Assembly: GCA_964435305.1 (NCBI GenBank)
Contig: CAYSZH010000003.1
Coordinates: forward strand, 3,585 to 67,584
Length of the DNA stretch: 64,000 bases
Source: an uncultured Granulosicoccaceae bacterium
GTDB taxonomy: Bacteria; Pseudomonadota; Gammaproteobacteria; Granulosicoccales; Granulosicoccaceae
Direction of reading: 5' to 3'
In this document: piece after piece, positions 10,756 through 20,652 of the stretch
Numbering within the stretch: the stretch's first letter is position 1
Layout: each line of letters opens with the position of its first letter
The notes under the pieces: generated by a model
What the model saw: only the letters and a program-made list of their open reading frames with translations
What the model was told of the DNA's origin: nothing
Databases searched by the model: none
Translations under genes and position numbers: made by a program

Positions 10756-11907
10756 CGCACTGCCAGTGTACGGGTGCGCTTTAGCGACTTCAATATCCAA
10801 CTCCACACCAATGCCCGGTTCAGTTGGCGGGATAACATAGCCCTCTTCCCAACGCATGGGCGAGCGCAGAATGCGCGAGTGAAAGCCTTCCCACCGCTCA
10901 ATACTTTCCAGAATTAAAAAATTGGGTGTACACGTTGCCAATTGTGCGTTTGCTGCACCCTCAATTGGCCCGCAATACAGATGAGGTGCAATAAGAGCGT
11001 AGTAAGTTTCCGCCATTGAAGCGATCTTCTTTCCTTCCAACAATCCGCCAACACGGCCCAAAGCCATCTGTAAAATGGATGCGGCCTGCGATTCAAGCAC
11101 ACGGGCAAATTCATACTTGGTTGTTAGACGCTCTCCAGTGGCAATTGGTATGGTGGTTTGTTTTGCCACACGCGCCATCTCTTGTACGTTCTCAGGTGGC
11201 ACCGGTTCTTCAAACCACAAAGGGTCACTGGACTCCAGGCGGCGTGCCATACGAATTGCCCCACTTGCCGTGAATTGCCCATGTGTGCCGAACAATAAAT
11301 CAGCTCGCTTCCCCACCGCTTTTCGTAAGGTTTTAACAAATACCTCTGAGCGCTCAAGTTCGGTTTGCGAAGGCTGCCGCCCGTCATACACCGTATAAAC
11401 ACCCGCCGGGTCAAATTTCAGTGCGGTAAACCCCATATCAACATATTCAAGCGCACGTTCAGCTGCCAAATCAGGATCGCTATAAACAGATTCATCCTCG
11501 CCTTCTCTTGGATAGATATAAGTGTAACTGCGTAGTCGATCATGCACCTTGCCACCCAGCAGTTCATACGCAGGTTTATCAAGTGCTTTACCCATAATAT
11601 CCCAGCACGCTGTTTCCAGCCCACTGAGCACGCTAACCAGAGAGATATCCGGACGCAATGTGTAACCACTGCCATACACACGACGCCACAGTTTTTCGAT
11701 ATGAAACGGATCGGCATCTAAAAAATGCCGTTCAAACACATCTTTGACCATGTGCTCGACAACGCCTGGGCTGAAAGTGGCCGTATACACCTCACCAAAA
11801 CCTTCAACGCCGGTATCGGTTTTCAATCGTACAAAGATAAAGTAGCGCCCGCCATAGTGCGGCGGTGGATTACCAACAACATAGGTGTCAAGCTCAGTAA
11901 TTTTCAA
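10717..11907 (-). CDS. Mandelate racemase/muconate lactonizing enzyme family protein (enolase superfamily dehydratase)
   Basis: GFTALKFDP, WFEEPVPP, IATGERL, APHLYCGP, PGIGVE; 3' end overlaps the convergent transglutaminase gene by 39 bp. Confidence 0.9.
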   Translation of the reverse strand: MKITELDTYVVGNPPPHYGGRYFIFVRLKTDTGVEGFGEVYTATFSPGVVEHMVKDVFERHFLDADPFHIEKLWRRVYGSGYTLRPDISLVSVLSGLETACWDIMGKALDKPAYELLGGKVHDRLRSYTYIYPREGEDESVYSDPDLAAERALEYVDMGFTALKFDPAGVYTVYDGRQPSQTELERSEVFVKTLRKAVGKRADLLFGTHGQFTASGAIRMARRLESSDPLWFEEPVPPENVQEMARVAKQTTIPIATGERLTTKYEFARVLESQAASILQMALGRVGGLLEGKKIASMAETYYALIAPHLYCGPIEGAANAQLATCTPNFLILESIERWEGFHSRILRSPMRWEEGYVIPPTEPGIGVELDIEVAKAHPYTGSALHLEMSEEPALP

Positions 11908-11912
11908 TTCGC

Positions 11913-12845
11913 TTATTCCGTTTCGTTTACGCTAATTGTGCGTTTACTTTTAAATGGCGTCCATAGCATGCCTAAGGCAAACCCTGTGCTGCTGTTGGTT
12001 TCGTGCAGCGTGCTGCGCGCATTGGCAGCACCACCAAAAAAACCAAATGCGACTCCGGCAAACATTCGTACGTTTTTCACGGGCCTTACTGCGGCACCTG
12101 CAAACAGGTTTGTTTCAAGGTAACCACCCTTAGCATCAAATACGGGCCGATCAGCGGTGGCAAAAGCGGCATCCACTTGATACAAATAATCCTGGAAACG
12201 TTGCGATGCAGCGGTCACTTCCAGGTTGGCAATAAAATCGAATGTCCCACCAAGCACATCTCTTTGCGCAAAGCGTAAGCCGGTTAATGCAATCCAACCG
12301 CGTGCATTAGCACTTTCAAAATCGGTTGAGACGACGGCACGCAGTTTACTCTCCCAGCTAAGTTCTGTGCGGCTTCCATTTGACCAATAGCGATTAAGAA
12401 TTCGATAGCTCAAGCGCGGGCCAAACTCAAAAAGCACATCCAAATCTGGTAAGCCTTCACGTGCACTATTACCCTCTGATTCAGCATTAAGTGCCCCGCC
12501 GAATGACAAATCCACTTTCAATCTGGGTTCTTCTACAGCCACAGCACTGACCCCACCACGCGCACCTAAGCGAAACAAGGGGCTTCGGTAGATAAAAAAG
12601 GGAAGCACAATTTGCGCTACATTAGGGTCTCTGGAGGCCGGGTAATCAAAGCCATTGACATAGCCACCGGCCAAACCAGCTTCCCATTGTGGTTTTTTCT
12701 CCAATCTAAATTCGTTATCAACCTTACCCACATCATTAGAAACGTCATTATTGGCATGCGCTATTCCGCTAGCTGCGATAATACTCACCGCGATAAAGAG
12801 ACCTACACGCAGGCTCAAACGAAAGTTGAGTTTGACTGTTTTCAA
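11913..12845 (-). CDS. MipA/OmpV family outer-membrane protein
   Basis: Signal peptide; WEAGL..DYPAS..LPFFIYR; AREGLPDLD..FEFGP; amphipathic beta strands. Confidence 0.8.
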   Translation of the reverse strand: MKTVKLNFRLSLRVGLFIAVSIIAASGIAHANNDVSNDVGKVDNEFRLEKKPQWEAGLAGGYVNGFDYPASRDPNVAQIVLPFFIYRSPLFRLGARGGVSAVAVEEPRLKVDLSFGGALNAESEGNSAREGLPDLDVLFEFGPRLSYRILNRYWSNGSRTELSWESKLRAVVSTDFESANARGWIALTGLRFAQRDVLGGTFDFIANLEVTAASQRFQDYLYQVDAAFATADRPVFDAKGGYLETNLFAGAAVRPVKNVRMFAGVAFGFFGGAANARSTLHETNSSTGFALGMLWTPFKSKRTISVNETE

Positions 12846-15202
12846 GTTGACGATTCAGGTAGTTCGATTGTCAACTGTCGCCCGTCAAGCCCCGCCACTT
12901 CACAGCTAAGCTGTGGGCGTCCTTCTCCTGTCCATTTTTCTGTTATGAGCACAACAACCTGTTTCTCATCCCAATGCAGATTGACATGAACAAGGCTTGC
13001 ATGATTATCCTGATGTGACCATGAAACACCGTCATCAAAGAACACCGTTTGCTCACTGCTACCGGTGGTTTTACCTGGAAAAACCGTGATCGCTACGTTA
13101 TCTGCATTGTGCGGCGACTCAACAGGCCAGGATTGCGCGATGGGTAAAATCGCTCCCACTGCAACACACACTGGAAATTCTCCCAAGGGCGCATCCAATG
13201 TGACTACCTGAGCACCGGCATACCAACGAACTTCAGCTCCCGGCTTCCAGGTATACCAACCCTGGGGAATTTCAGGTAGATACACGTTGCGCGTTGTTTC
13301 CGCAGGTTCTGTCACTGGCGAAACCATAAGATGATCGCCTAACATGAATTGGCTCTGCTCATGCTCACAAGCGGCATCATTAAAGTGATAACACAGCGGT
13401 GTGATAACAGGCTCACCTGATGTGTGCGCACGCCAACTTAAGTGGTACAGCCAAGGTAGAAGCTGATAACGAAGATGCAATGCAGCCTTAATTTTTGAGG
13501 TGACCGCTTCATGCATCCAGGGTGTTGTCAGCGGTATTTCCGCATCAGGCTTCCATGAGTTCATCACAGCCCTTGGGTGCAATGACATCATTTCTACCCA
13601 ACGACACAGTAATTCGGCAGAAGGTGTCGGTCCATCAAAGCCACCAATATCATGCCCGGTTAGCGGAAAACCGGACAAGCTCATATTCAATCCGTTAGCC
13701 AGATTCCAGTGCAGTGTATGCCAACTGGTTTTATTATCACCACTCCAGGTTTGTGCATAGCGTGAAATCCCCACAGGCCCGGCACGGGTTATTGTGTAAG
13801 GGCGTTGTTCAGGATTTGACTCGCAGCTGGCTTCAAAACTTGCACGTGTCATCAGTAGTGCCTGTACCGGCCTGACATCCATTGCGCGCAAGCCCTCACC
13901 AAACCCGTTTAAGCGCGCGCCCTCGTCCCAGATTTCACACTCATTATTGTCGTTCCAGACAGAACTAAAACCAGCACCAATGACTTGTTCTAGCACGCCA
14001 TTTTGCCACCACTTGATGGTTTTCGGATTGGTAAAATCAAGGCTTGCACCCAATCCGCCCCAAAACATTTCCAGTGCTGGTTCATTTTTTTCACTGTTTA
14101 TAAAGCCCTCAAATTCTGCCACCTCATCAAAAAGCGGATGCTCCTTGAGCAGCACAGGCTTGATGTTGGCACAACTATGAAACCCCATATTACTCAGCGC
14201 TTTAAAAAAAGCGGCACGATCTGGAAATTTTTTCTTGTTCCATGTAAACACATAGCGCCTTCCATCATCACGAGTGGTGTAACCCGATCCGGAATGTATC
14301 GCACTAATAGGAAATTCACGACGACGTGCTTCTTCGGCAAAACCCTGTATGGCATGCTGTGCAGTTTCTGCGTCGGCCAAATGCATGGATGTATGGGCAA
14401 AGCCCAGTGCCCATCTAGGTTGAAAATGCGGCTTGCCAGTGACACCTTGAAATTGCGTGACCAGTTCTTTTATCGTAGGGCTGGTGAACAGGTAGTACAC
14501 CAGGGCATTATCGAATACTTCGGTTTGTCTATAATGTGGATGGTAGTTGGAGTGCTCCGCTCCCAGGTCAATATTGATTTCAGCAAAACTATCATAGAAA
14601 AGACCAGTAAAACCATCCTGTTGGTTTCCATACATGATCCATGGAACATGCTTATAAAGAGGATCGCTGGTTTCAGCGTTGTACCCTAATGCATCCGTTT
14701 GCAGGCAACGAAACCGCCTGCCTGTTCTATCAAGCGCACCAGATTTATCTCCCAGGCCAAGATGACGATGTTTTTGATCAAGCAGTTGTGCGTGATGCAT
14801 CTGCCCACGTTGCGTAAGATGCCGATAGGCCGCCATCGGCCGATCAGCGAAGCAGGTTTGCCATTGGCCGGCTATTTTTCGCTGTACCGTCAATGCTAGG
14901 GGCTCAGCCTGTAGTTGTACTCTGAGCGAATCACTTTGCAATAGAGCTTGCGACGCATCCAGTTTCACCTCCGGGCAAGAGAAACCATCGCTTGCCAGTA
15001 CCTTTCGGCCCTCCCAGGGCACATCACCGTCAGGGGCAATCATCCAGGTGTGTGGAACGCGCAAACCTGCCTCAGGTGTAATTGCCACCCGACATAACCA
15101 CGGCTCCAAAACATCCACGTGCAGCTTGAATGACTCGGACAAGGTGGCACTCAGGCCTGTGTTTGTGGGCCATACGTCCCCAACCAACTCCAACGCACTC
15201 AT
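12842..15202 (-). CDS. Glycoside hydrolase family 31 (alpha-glucosidase-like)
   Basis: GLGDKSG.L, DPLYKHVP, nucleophile region WNDNNE, acid/base WSGDN, GHDIGGF. Confidence 0.9.
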   Translation of the reverse strand: MSALELVGDVWPTNTGLSATLSESFKLHVDVLEPWLCRVAITPEAGLRVPHTWMIAPDGDVPWEGRKVLASDGFSCPEVKLDASQALLQSDSLRVQLQAEPLALTVQRKIAGQWQTCFADRPMAAYRHLTQRGQMHHAQLLDQKHRHLGLGDKSGALDRTGRRFRCLQTDALGYNAETSDPLYKHVPWIMYGNQQDGFTGLFYDSFAEINIDLGAEHSNYHPHYRQTEVFDNALVYYLFTSPTIKELVTQFQGVTGKPHFQPRWALGFAHTSMHLADAETAQHAIQGFAEEARRREFPISAIHSGSGYTTRDDGRRYVFTWNKKKFPDRAAFFKALSNMGFHSCANIKPVLLKEHPLFDEVAEFEGFINSEKNEPALEMFWGGLGASLDFTNPKTIKWWQNGVLEQVIGAGFSSVWNDNNECEIWDEGARLNGFGEGLRAMDVRPVQALLMTRASFEASCESNPEQRPYTITRAGPVGISRYAQTWSGDNKTSWHTLHWNLANGLNMSLSGFPLTGHDIGGFDGPTPSAELLCRWVEMMSLHPRAVMNSWKPDAEIPLTTPWMHEAVTSKIKAALHLRYQLLPWLYHLSWRAHTSGEPVITPLCYHFNDAACEHEQSQFMLGDHLMVSPVTEPAETTRNVYLPEIPQGWYTWKPGAEVRWYAGAQVVTLDAPLGEFPVCVAVGAILPIAQSWPVESPHNADNVAITVFPGKTTGSSEQTVFFDDGVSWSHQDNHASLVHVNLHWDEKQVVVLITEKWTGEGRPQLSCEVAGLDGRQLTIELPESST

Positions 15203-15450
15203 AAAATCATCAAGTCATCTATTGCTTAGTAATGGTTTTCAACAACGCTTGGCTCAATAACAACCCGCAAACAGCCGAACTGGCCAATCATTTAAATTCG
15301 AATTACTCGCAATAGTGCATCATTTCATCGCTATACTGCAAAGGAATAGTTTGATAGAACACTATGTTCAGGCTGGCTACTGCCAAAACAGTAAATCGCC
15401 TGCGCTATGGCAACAGGTTTTACACATACATAATCAGCGACGTCCCCACC

Positions 15451-16410
15451 ATGTTTTATGCTCATAACGCCCTTGACCGGGCCGACCATCTCCGACGGGA
15501 ACCAGAAACCCTCGCCGCATTGATCGCAAACAAGAACACGCAACTCACACCCGTTTGGCGAGGTCGTTCTTTAGTGGGAGATTTAGACGGTCAATCGCAC
15601 ATGCTTATGCTACCCATCACGAGCATCGATGCCGCCAGCAACGAAGCCTACCAATTTCTTGGCTTACAAAACGACACCGGTGTATTTTCGGTCAGCTTCT
15701 CCGCATTAGAAGAGGCCGAATTGGAACCCATTTTGGCCCAGGCACAAAAAACACACGACACTTTTGACAACATACGTTTTGAAGATTTGCGCGTGGTTGG
15801 CCCGAGGCTCAGCGCATCTGATGGCGCTATTCTCGCCTACGCACGCGGGCTGTGCCATTGGCATGACAACTGCCATTTTTGTACGCGCTGTGGTGGAAAA
15901 TTAAAAAGCACCCAGGGTGGGCATGTCAAGCAATGTGAAACCAGTTCCTGCGATTACCAATCATTCCCGCGCACCGACCCGGCCGTCATCATGTTGGTGC
16001 TTCGCCCGGCCACCGACAACACACCTGAGCAATGCTTACTTGGCAGAAACCCAGCTTGGCCAGAAGGTGTGTTTTCAACACTGGCAGGCTTTGTAGAAAC
16101 AGGTGAAAGCCTGGAGCAGGCGGTGCAACGCGAAGTGTTTGAAGAGTCGGGCATCAAGACCCATAAAGTTGAGTATGTCGCCTCGCAACCCTGGCCGTTT
16201 CCGCGCTCTATCATGCTTGGATTTCAAGCAGAGGCCCTCTCCACCGATATTAACCTTGACCCTGTCGAGATAGAAGATGCACGCTGGTTTACACGCGAAG
16301 AGCTTAACCACTTTGGCACCTGGGGCGTAGAAGGAGCACAACTAAAATTGCCAAGATCAGATTCGATAGCGCGCTTGTTGATTGATCGCTGGATGAACAG
16401 TGCTAATTGA
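15451..16410 (+). CDS. nudC: NADH pyrophosphatase / NAD-cap decapping Nudix hydrolase
   Basis: Zn ribbon FCTRCG..C...C, FPRTDPAVIM, Nudix box GFVETGESLEQAVQREVFEESG, SQPWPFP; start chosen at MFYAHNALDR. Confidence 0.93.
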   Translation: MFYAHNALDRADHLRREPETLAALIANKNTQLTPVWRGRSLVGDLDGQSHMLMLPITSIDAASNEAYQFLGLQNDTGVFSVSFSALEEAELEPILAQAQKTHDTFDNIRFEDLRVVGPRLSASDGAILAYARGLCHWHDNCHFCTRCGGKLKSTQGGHVKQCETSSCDYQSFPRTDPAVIMLVLRPATDNTPEQCLLGRNPAWPEGVFSTLAGFVETGESLEQAVQREVFEESGIKTHKVEYVASQPWPFPRSIMLGFQAEALSTDINLDPVEIEDARWFTREELNHFGTWGVEGAQLKLPRSDSIARLLIDRWMNSAN

Positions 16411-17260
16411 TATCACCGCGCAGCCAGTTTTTAAAATTCGCAGGCAAAGGTGTTAAGTCACCTGCCTGCGCCCAACCAGCTTCATTGGCACGAGTGGCGA
16501 TTGAGGCCAGGCGATCAGCGCTTAATGGGTGTGTTGCACTGAACCGCTCAAGCCAATCTGGTACTTTGCTGTCTGCTGAATATTCACCCATGACTTCAAA
16601 CAAGGCATCTGCACCATCCACATGACCATAAAGCTGTGCGATTGCTGACAAGGCGGCCGCATCTGCCGCGCTTTCCATTTTTCGGGTAAATTGCGTACCC
16701 GCTATAAGACTGGTTTTGTTAAGCACGCTGCTTGCAAATCCCGATTGCCCTGTAATCATGGAAACAGCCACCATGCTGACAACGCCACCGCCCAGGCTCA
16801 CCATGGGGTCACGATGCCATATATGTGCAATTTCATGAGCCATGACCATGGCCAAAGCGTTTTCGTGTGGCATCTCCTCTAGTAGCCCACGGTAAAACAA
16901 CAGATTGCCGCCAAGAGTCGCAAACGCATTAAACACATCATCGCCACTGTAATGCACTTCAACACTCATGCCCTGTGGTAAAGGCATGTTTTGCGTTAAA
17001 CGTGTTGCCAAATCATTTAAATAATCAACAAGCTCCGCTGGGGCGTTGGCATCACCAAAGGGCACATCCACTTGTTCCATTAAAGACTGCTCATACTTAA
17101 AAGGCACTTGCTTACCAAGCCAGCCACCGCTTATCTGCAGCAGCACAACAATAACAACGATGAGAATGGCAGCGGCTACCAGAAGTTGTGCAAATTGTTT
17201 TAAAGGATGTACCTTCGATACATTGATTCCTTCTGGCGCTTGTCGGTTCTCGTATCGCAT
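16403..17260 (-). CDS. M48 family metallopeptidase
   Basis: NAFATLGG, HEIAH zinc motif, MESAAD, ATHP...RL; N-terminal TM. Confidence 0.9.
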   Translation of the reverse strand: MRYENRQAPEGINVSKVHPLKQFAQLLVAAAILIVVIVVLLQISGGWLGKQVPFKYEQSLMEQVDVPFGDANAPAELVDYLNDLATRLTQNMPLPQGMSVEVHYSGDDVFNAFATLGGNLLFYRGLLEEMPHENALAMVMAHEIAHIWHRDPMVSLGGGVVSMVAVSMITGQSGFASSVLNKTSLIAGTQFTRKMESAADAAALSAIAQLYGHVDGADALFEVMGEYSADSKVPDWLERFSATHPLSADRLASIATRANEAGWAQAGDLTPLPANFKNWLRGDIN

Positions 17261-17262
17261 AG

Positions 17263-17724
17263 TTAAGTCATCGTGATTGCAGGCTTCTGAACTGGCGGTA
17301 CCAACGCGGTTCCATAGGCCAGAACTTCAATCGCTCCCGTGCGACCGGTGGCGATCCGGGTGGTTTCAAATTTAATGTTAAAAACGAATTCAGCGTTAAG
17401 ACCATCGGCCTGTTGTTTCATGCGCAAAATCGCTTCACGCCGGCCTCGGTCGAGCAGCGGTTCGAAAGGCGTTACCCTGCCACCAAAAATATTGATTAGG
17501 CCCGCAGTGAATGACTTAAAGTAATCGGATGCTACTACAACATTGCCAGACACCAACTGCTGCTGATACTGCGCATCATCAGGAGGAAAACGGCTGGCGA
17601 TGACCGGCAGTCGATTGTATTCAAGCTCTCGCTTAATGATATCTTTTGTATGCTTGCGCTCCGCCCGGCGTCCAAACAAATAACCACCAGCAAGTAAGAA
17701 CACAAAGCTGATTAATTCGAACAT
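17263..17724 (-). CDS. YbjQ/UPF0145-like protein with N-terminal membrane anchor
   Basis: FGGRV..FE.LLDRGRREAILRM, EVLAYGTA; true start likely ATG 17724 just after the upstream stop. Confidence 0.85.
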   Translation of the reverse strand: MFELISFVFLLAGGYLFGRRAERKHTKDIIKRELEYNRLPVIASRFPPDDAQYQQQLVSGNVVVASDYFKSFTAGLINIFGGRVTPFEPLLDRGRREAILRMKQQADGLNAEFVFNIKFETTRIATGRTGAIEVLAYGTALVPPVQKPAITMT

Positions 17725-17725
17725 C

Positions 17726-18040
17726 TTATTCAAGCTCCACAGCAGAACCGTACACAAATATCTCTGCCGCCCCTGATGCGATGCTGGATGTGCTATAGCG
17801 TACATTCAATACAGCATTCGCACCAATTTGCGTGGCTTGTTCTTGCATGCGCTGCGTGGCTTCTTCGCGCGACTCCTGCAATAGCTCTGTGTAGCCTTGC
17901 AATTCGCCCCCAAAAATATTTTTTAGCCCCGCCATAATATCCCGGCCCACGTGCTTTGAACGCACCGAACTTCCCTGTACCAACCCCAAATGCCGCACAA
18001 CTTTACGCCCAGGTAACACCTCTAGATTGGAAATTAGCAT
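17726..18040 (-). CDS. YbjQ/UPF0145 family protein
   Basis: GRDIMAGLKNIFGGELQGYTELLQESREEA..RM..GANAVLNVRY..YGSAV; AGGA RBS upstream. Confidence 0.93.
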   Translation of the reverse strand: MLISNLEVLPGRKVVRHLGLVQGSSVRSKHVGRDIMAGLKNIFGGELQGYTELLQESREEATQRMQEQATQIGANAVLNVRYSTSSIASGAAEIFVYGSAVELE

Positions 18041-18089
18041 TTCATTGTCCTTTTTAGTTTGGATTTCAGTGTACTGACATCAAACGACC

Positions 18090-18923
18090 GTGCCAAACGT
18101 TTACAATAATGTCATGACATCAATTTGCATTGTTACCGCTCTGCCTGCCGAGGCCAAGCCATTGACGGCACATTTTGGAATGCGCGCCGTGCCACACCCA
18201 TGGTTAAAACTCTATGATGGTGGCGACTGCATGCTTCTTCAATGTGGCATGGGCAAACTCGCTGCCGCCACCGCTGTTGGCGCCATGATGCAACTTAACC
18301 CTACAGTGAAAGGCATACTCAATGTGGGCATCGCCGGTGCAGATTTACCCTTGGGTAGCAAAGTACTAGCACACGCTGTGCGTGATCAGGCCAGCGACCA
18401 ATTGTGGTACCCACACCTGCCGGCTAAAAATAAATTAAGCCTTGCAACTACAGTCGAAGTTATCACCGTGGACAAACCGGCCACCAATTATTCCACTACA
18501 TCTGCTTTTGATATGGAAGCAGCGGGTGTTTTGGTTGCGGCAAGCAAAACGCTTGATCTGGCATTCGTACAATTTTTAAAAGTGATATCGGATAATTCAG
18601 AGAACGACATCAGCAGCATCAATAAGCAACGGGTTCAGGACTGGATTGAAAGCGCCATACCTGATATCGAGTCGCTAATATTGGCGCTACCTACAGAGCA
18701 TTTGAGCGACAACGATGCAGCGGATGCCACGATCAATTTACTACTGAAAAAAATTCATTTCTCGCAAACCGATACACATGCCCTACGCCAATTGCTTTTG
18801 CGTCACAGAGCACTTTATGGCGAGCTACCACCGCAAGAGACTTTACAAGCACTGGGCACATCCAACAAAGTCAAACATTATTTGCAAGCAGCTCTGTCGC
18901 GCGCGTCAGTTGCTTATCCGTAG
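18090..18923 (+). CDS. Nucleoside phosphorylase / MTA-SAH nucleosidase-fold protein
   Basis: IVTALPAEA, GMGKLAAA, LNVGIAG, DMEAAG, KVISD (PNP_UDP_1 fold) plus a C-terminal helical extension; start may be ATG 18114. Confidence 0.8.
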   Translation: MPNVYNNVMTSICIVTALPAEAKPLTAHFGMRAVPHPWLKLYDGGDCMLLQCGMGKLAAATAVGAMMQLNPTVKGILNVGIAGADLPLGSKVLAHAVRDQASDQLWYPHLPAKNKLSLATTVEVITVDKPATNYSTTSAFDMEAAGVLVAASKTLDLAFVQFLKVISDNSENDISSINKQRVQDWIESAIPDIESLILALPTEHLSDNDAADATINLLLKKIHFSQTDTHALRQLLLRHRALYGELPPQETLQALGTSNKVKHYLQAALSRASVAYP

Positions 18924-18944
18924 ATAACGCGGATACCAACACAC

Positions 18945-19937
18945 ATGGATACTATTTATATAGAAGAAGCAGTTTTCGAGCATCCAAAAGTGGCTGCAAT
19001 TCTGGCACGCTTTCCTAACGCGAGGCACATTCAGATTGAGCGTTACACTGATGTATTTAACGCACCATCGCAGAATTTTAGAGTTCAAAAAGCCAACCCG
19101 GCACTGATACTTGCCAGAAAGCACGGCAAGCTGGTATTACCCACGCCCCCGGGTTATCACATTGGTGGTGAGCATAATTATTATTTTTCGCATATGCTCA
19201 ATTGCGTATACGACTGCCGTTACTGTTTTCTACAAGGCATGTATCGATCGGCCAACTACGTGGTGTTCGTCAACTACGACGAATTTTTCGACGAAATAAA
19301 AAACACGAGTAACGCTCACGATACACCCAGCTGGTATTTCTCTGGCTACGACTGCGATTCCCTGGCATTCGAACCCATGACAGGCTTTATCGAACAATGC
19401 ATTGATGCCTTCGAACAAATGCCCAAAGCAAACCTCGAAATACGCACCAAAAGTACACAGATACGCTCGCTGTTAACTCGACCAGCCATAGACAATTGCG
19501 TTGTTGCTTACAGCTTAACGCCCGCAGCCATTGTCAAAGCGGAAGAACATAAAACAGCCTCTTTGGAAAAACGCGTAAAAGCGCTTAAATCATTACAAGA
19601 TCATGGATGGCGAGTGGGCTTGCGCTTTGACCCACTGCTAAAAGCAGACAACTTTAAAGCGCACTACAACGAACTGTTCGATACGGTTTTTTCAAGTCTG
19701 GACATTAGCAAAGTACATTCGGTAAGCCTGGGGCCATTCAGATTACCAAAGCCGTTTTTCAAAAAAATGATCCGCCTATATCCAGAATCCAAATTGCTTG
19801 CACAAGACATGGGCATGCGCGATGGCATGCTTTCATATGTGGCTGAGACGGAATCTTCCTTGCTTCGCCATTGCGAAACTGAGCTTTCAAAGCACATTAG
19901 CACACAGCAATATTTCCCTTGCGTCAGTGTGCCATGA
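18945..19937 (+). CDS. Spore photoproduct lyase-like radical SAM protein
   Basis: CVYDCRYCFLQG (CxxxCxxC), VVFVN, LEIRTKS, SLTP..EH.TASLEKR, GLRFDPL. Confidence 0.88.
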   Translation: MDTIYIEEAVFEHPKVAAILARFPNARHIQIERYTDVFNAPSQNFRVQKANPALILARKHGKLVLPTPPGYHIGGEHNYYFSHMLNCVYDCRYCFLQGMYRSANYVVFVNYDEFFDEIKNTSNAHDTPSWYFSGYDCDSLAFEPMTGFIEQCIDAFEQMPKANLEIRTKSTQIRSLLTRPAIDNCVVAYSLTPAAIVKAEEHKTASLEKRVKALKSLQDHGWRVGLRFDPLLKADNFKAHYNELFDTVFSSLDISKVHSVSLGPFRLPKPFFKKMIRLYPESKLLAQDMGMRDGMLSYVAETESSLLRHCETELSKHISTQQYFPCVSVP

Positions 19938-20632
19938 GAACGTTTATTGTAAGCGGGCACAGCAGCGGAATTGGGTTCGCTGTTACACAGCAGCTACTTA
20001 GTAACAACGTCCATGTCATTGGGCTGGCCAGGCGCTCTATTGAGCCGCAAGAGGGTTTAGTGCAATTCAACATAGATTTGTCCGCACTAGACCAATTGGA
20101 AGCCTTGCTGAAACAGCTTGTCAAAGAACACAATATTAGTGGTGTAGTGGCTTGTGCTGGCAGCGGAAGTATAGGCTCTATCGAGAATTTTTCTAAAGAT
20201 CAAATAATGCAAAGTGTGACGCTTAATCTTACCGCTCCATTAGTATTGGCAAGATTTATACTTCCTGTGTTAAAAAAACGTGAGCGTAGCGATTTAATCT
20301 TTATTGGCTCAGAGTCAGCTTTAAAAGGCGCACGCTACGGTAGCTTATATAGTGCCGCAAAATTCGGATTACGTGGCGCTGCCCAAGCGCTACGAGATGA
20401 ATGTGCCACAGCCAATTGCCACGTCGGCATTGTGCACCCCGGCCTTGTTCGAAGTCCTTTTTTCGATAATTTGGATTTTGAACCTGGAGAAAACAAATCG
20501 AATGCGGTGGAAACAATCGACGTGGCCACCGCTGTGATGGCGATGATAAATGCGCCAGATAATGCCGTAATAGAAGAAGTGACTGTTAAGCCGTTAAAGC
20601 ATGTCGTTAGAAAAAAATCAACACAAAAATAG
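19934..20632 (+). CDS. Short-chain dehydrogenase/reductase
   Basis: SGHSSGIG, YSAAKF, HPGLV; ATGA overlap with the radical SAM stop. Confidence 0.92.
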   Translation: MRTFIVSGHSSGIGFAVTQQLLSNNVHVIGLARRSIEPQEGLVQFNIDLSALDQLEALLKQLVKEHNISGVVACAGSGSIGSIENFSKDQIMQSVTLNLTAPLVLARFILPVLKKRERSDLIFIGSESALKGARYGSLYSAAKFGLRGAAQALRDECATANCHVGIVHPGLVRSPFFDNLDFEPGENKSNAVETIDVATAVMAMINAPDNAVIEEVTVKPLKHVVRKKSTQK

Positions 20633-20652
20633 GCAACACAATCAAACTCCTC

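Noticed and set aside
14003-14689. 228-aa plus-strand ORF
   Set aside because: Antisense to the well-supported GH31 gene, with no recognisable motifs
12842-15202. GH31 as a sulfoquinovosidase
   Set aside because: Nucleophile region is WNDNNE rather than the MADFGE type, and no sulfoglycolysis genes are adjacent
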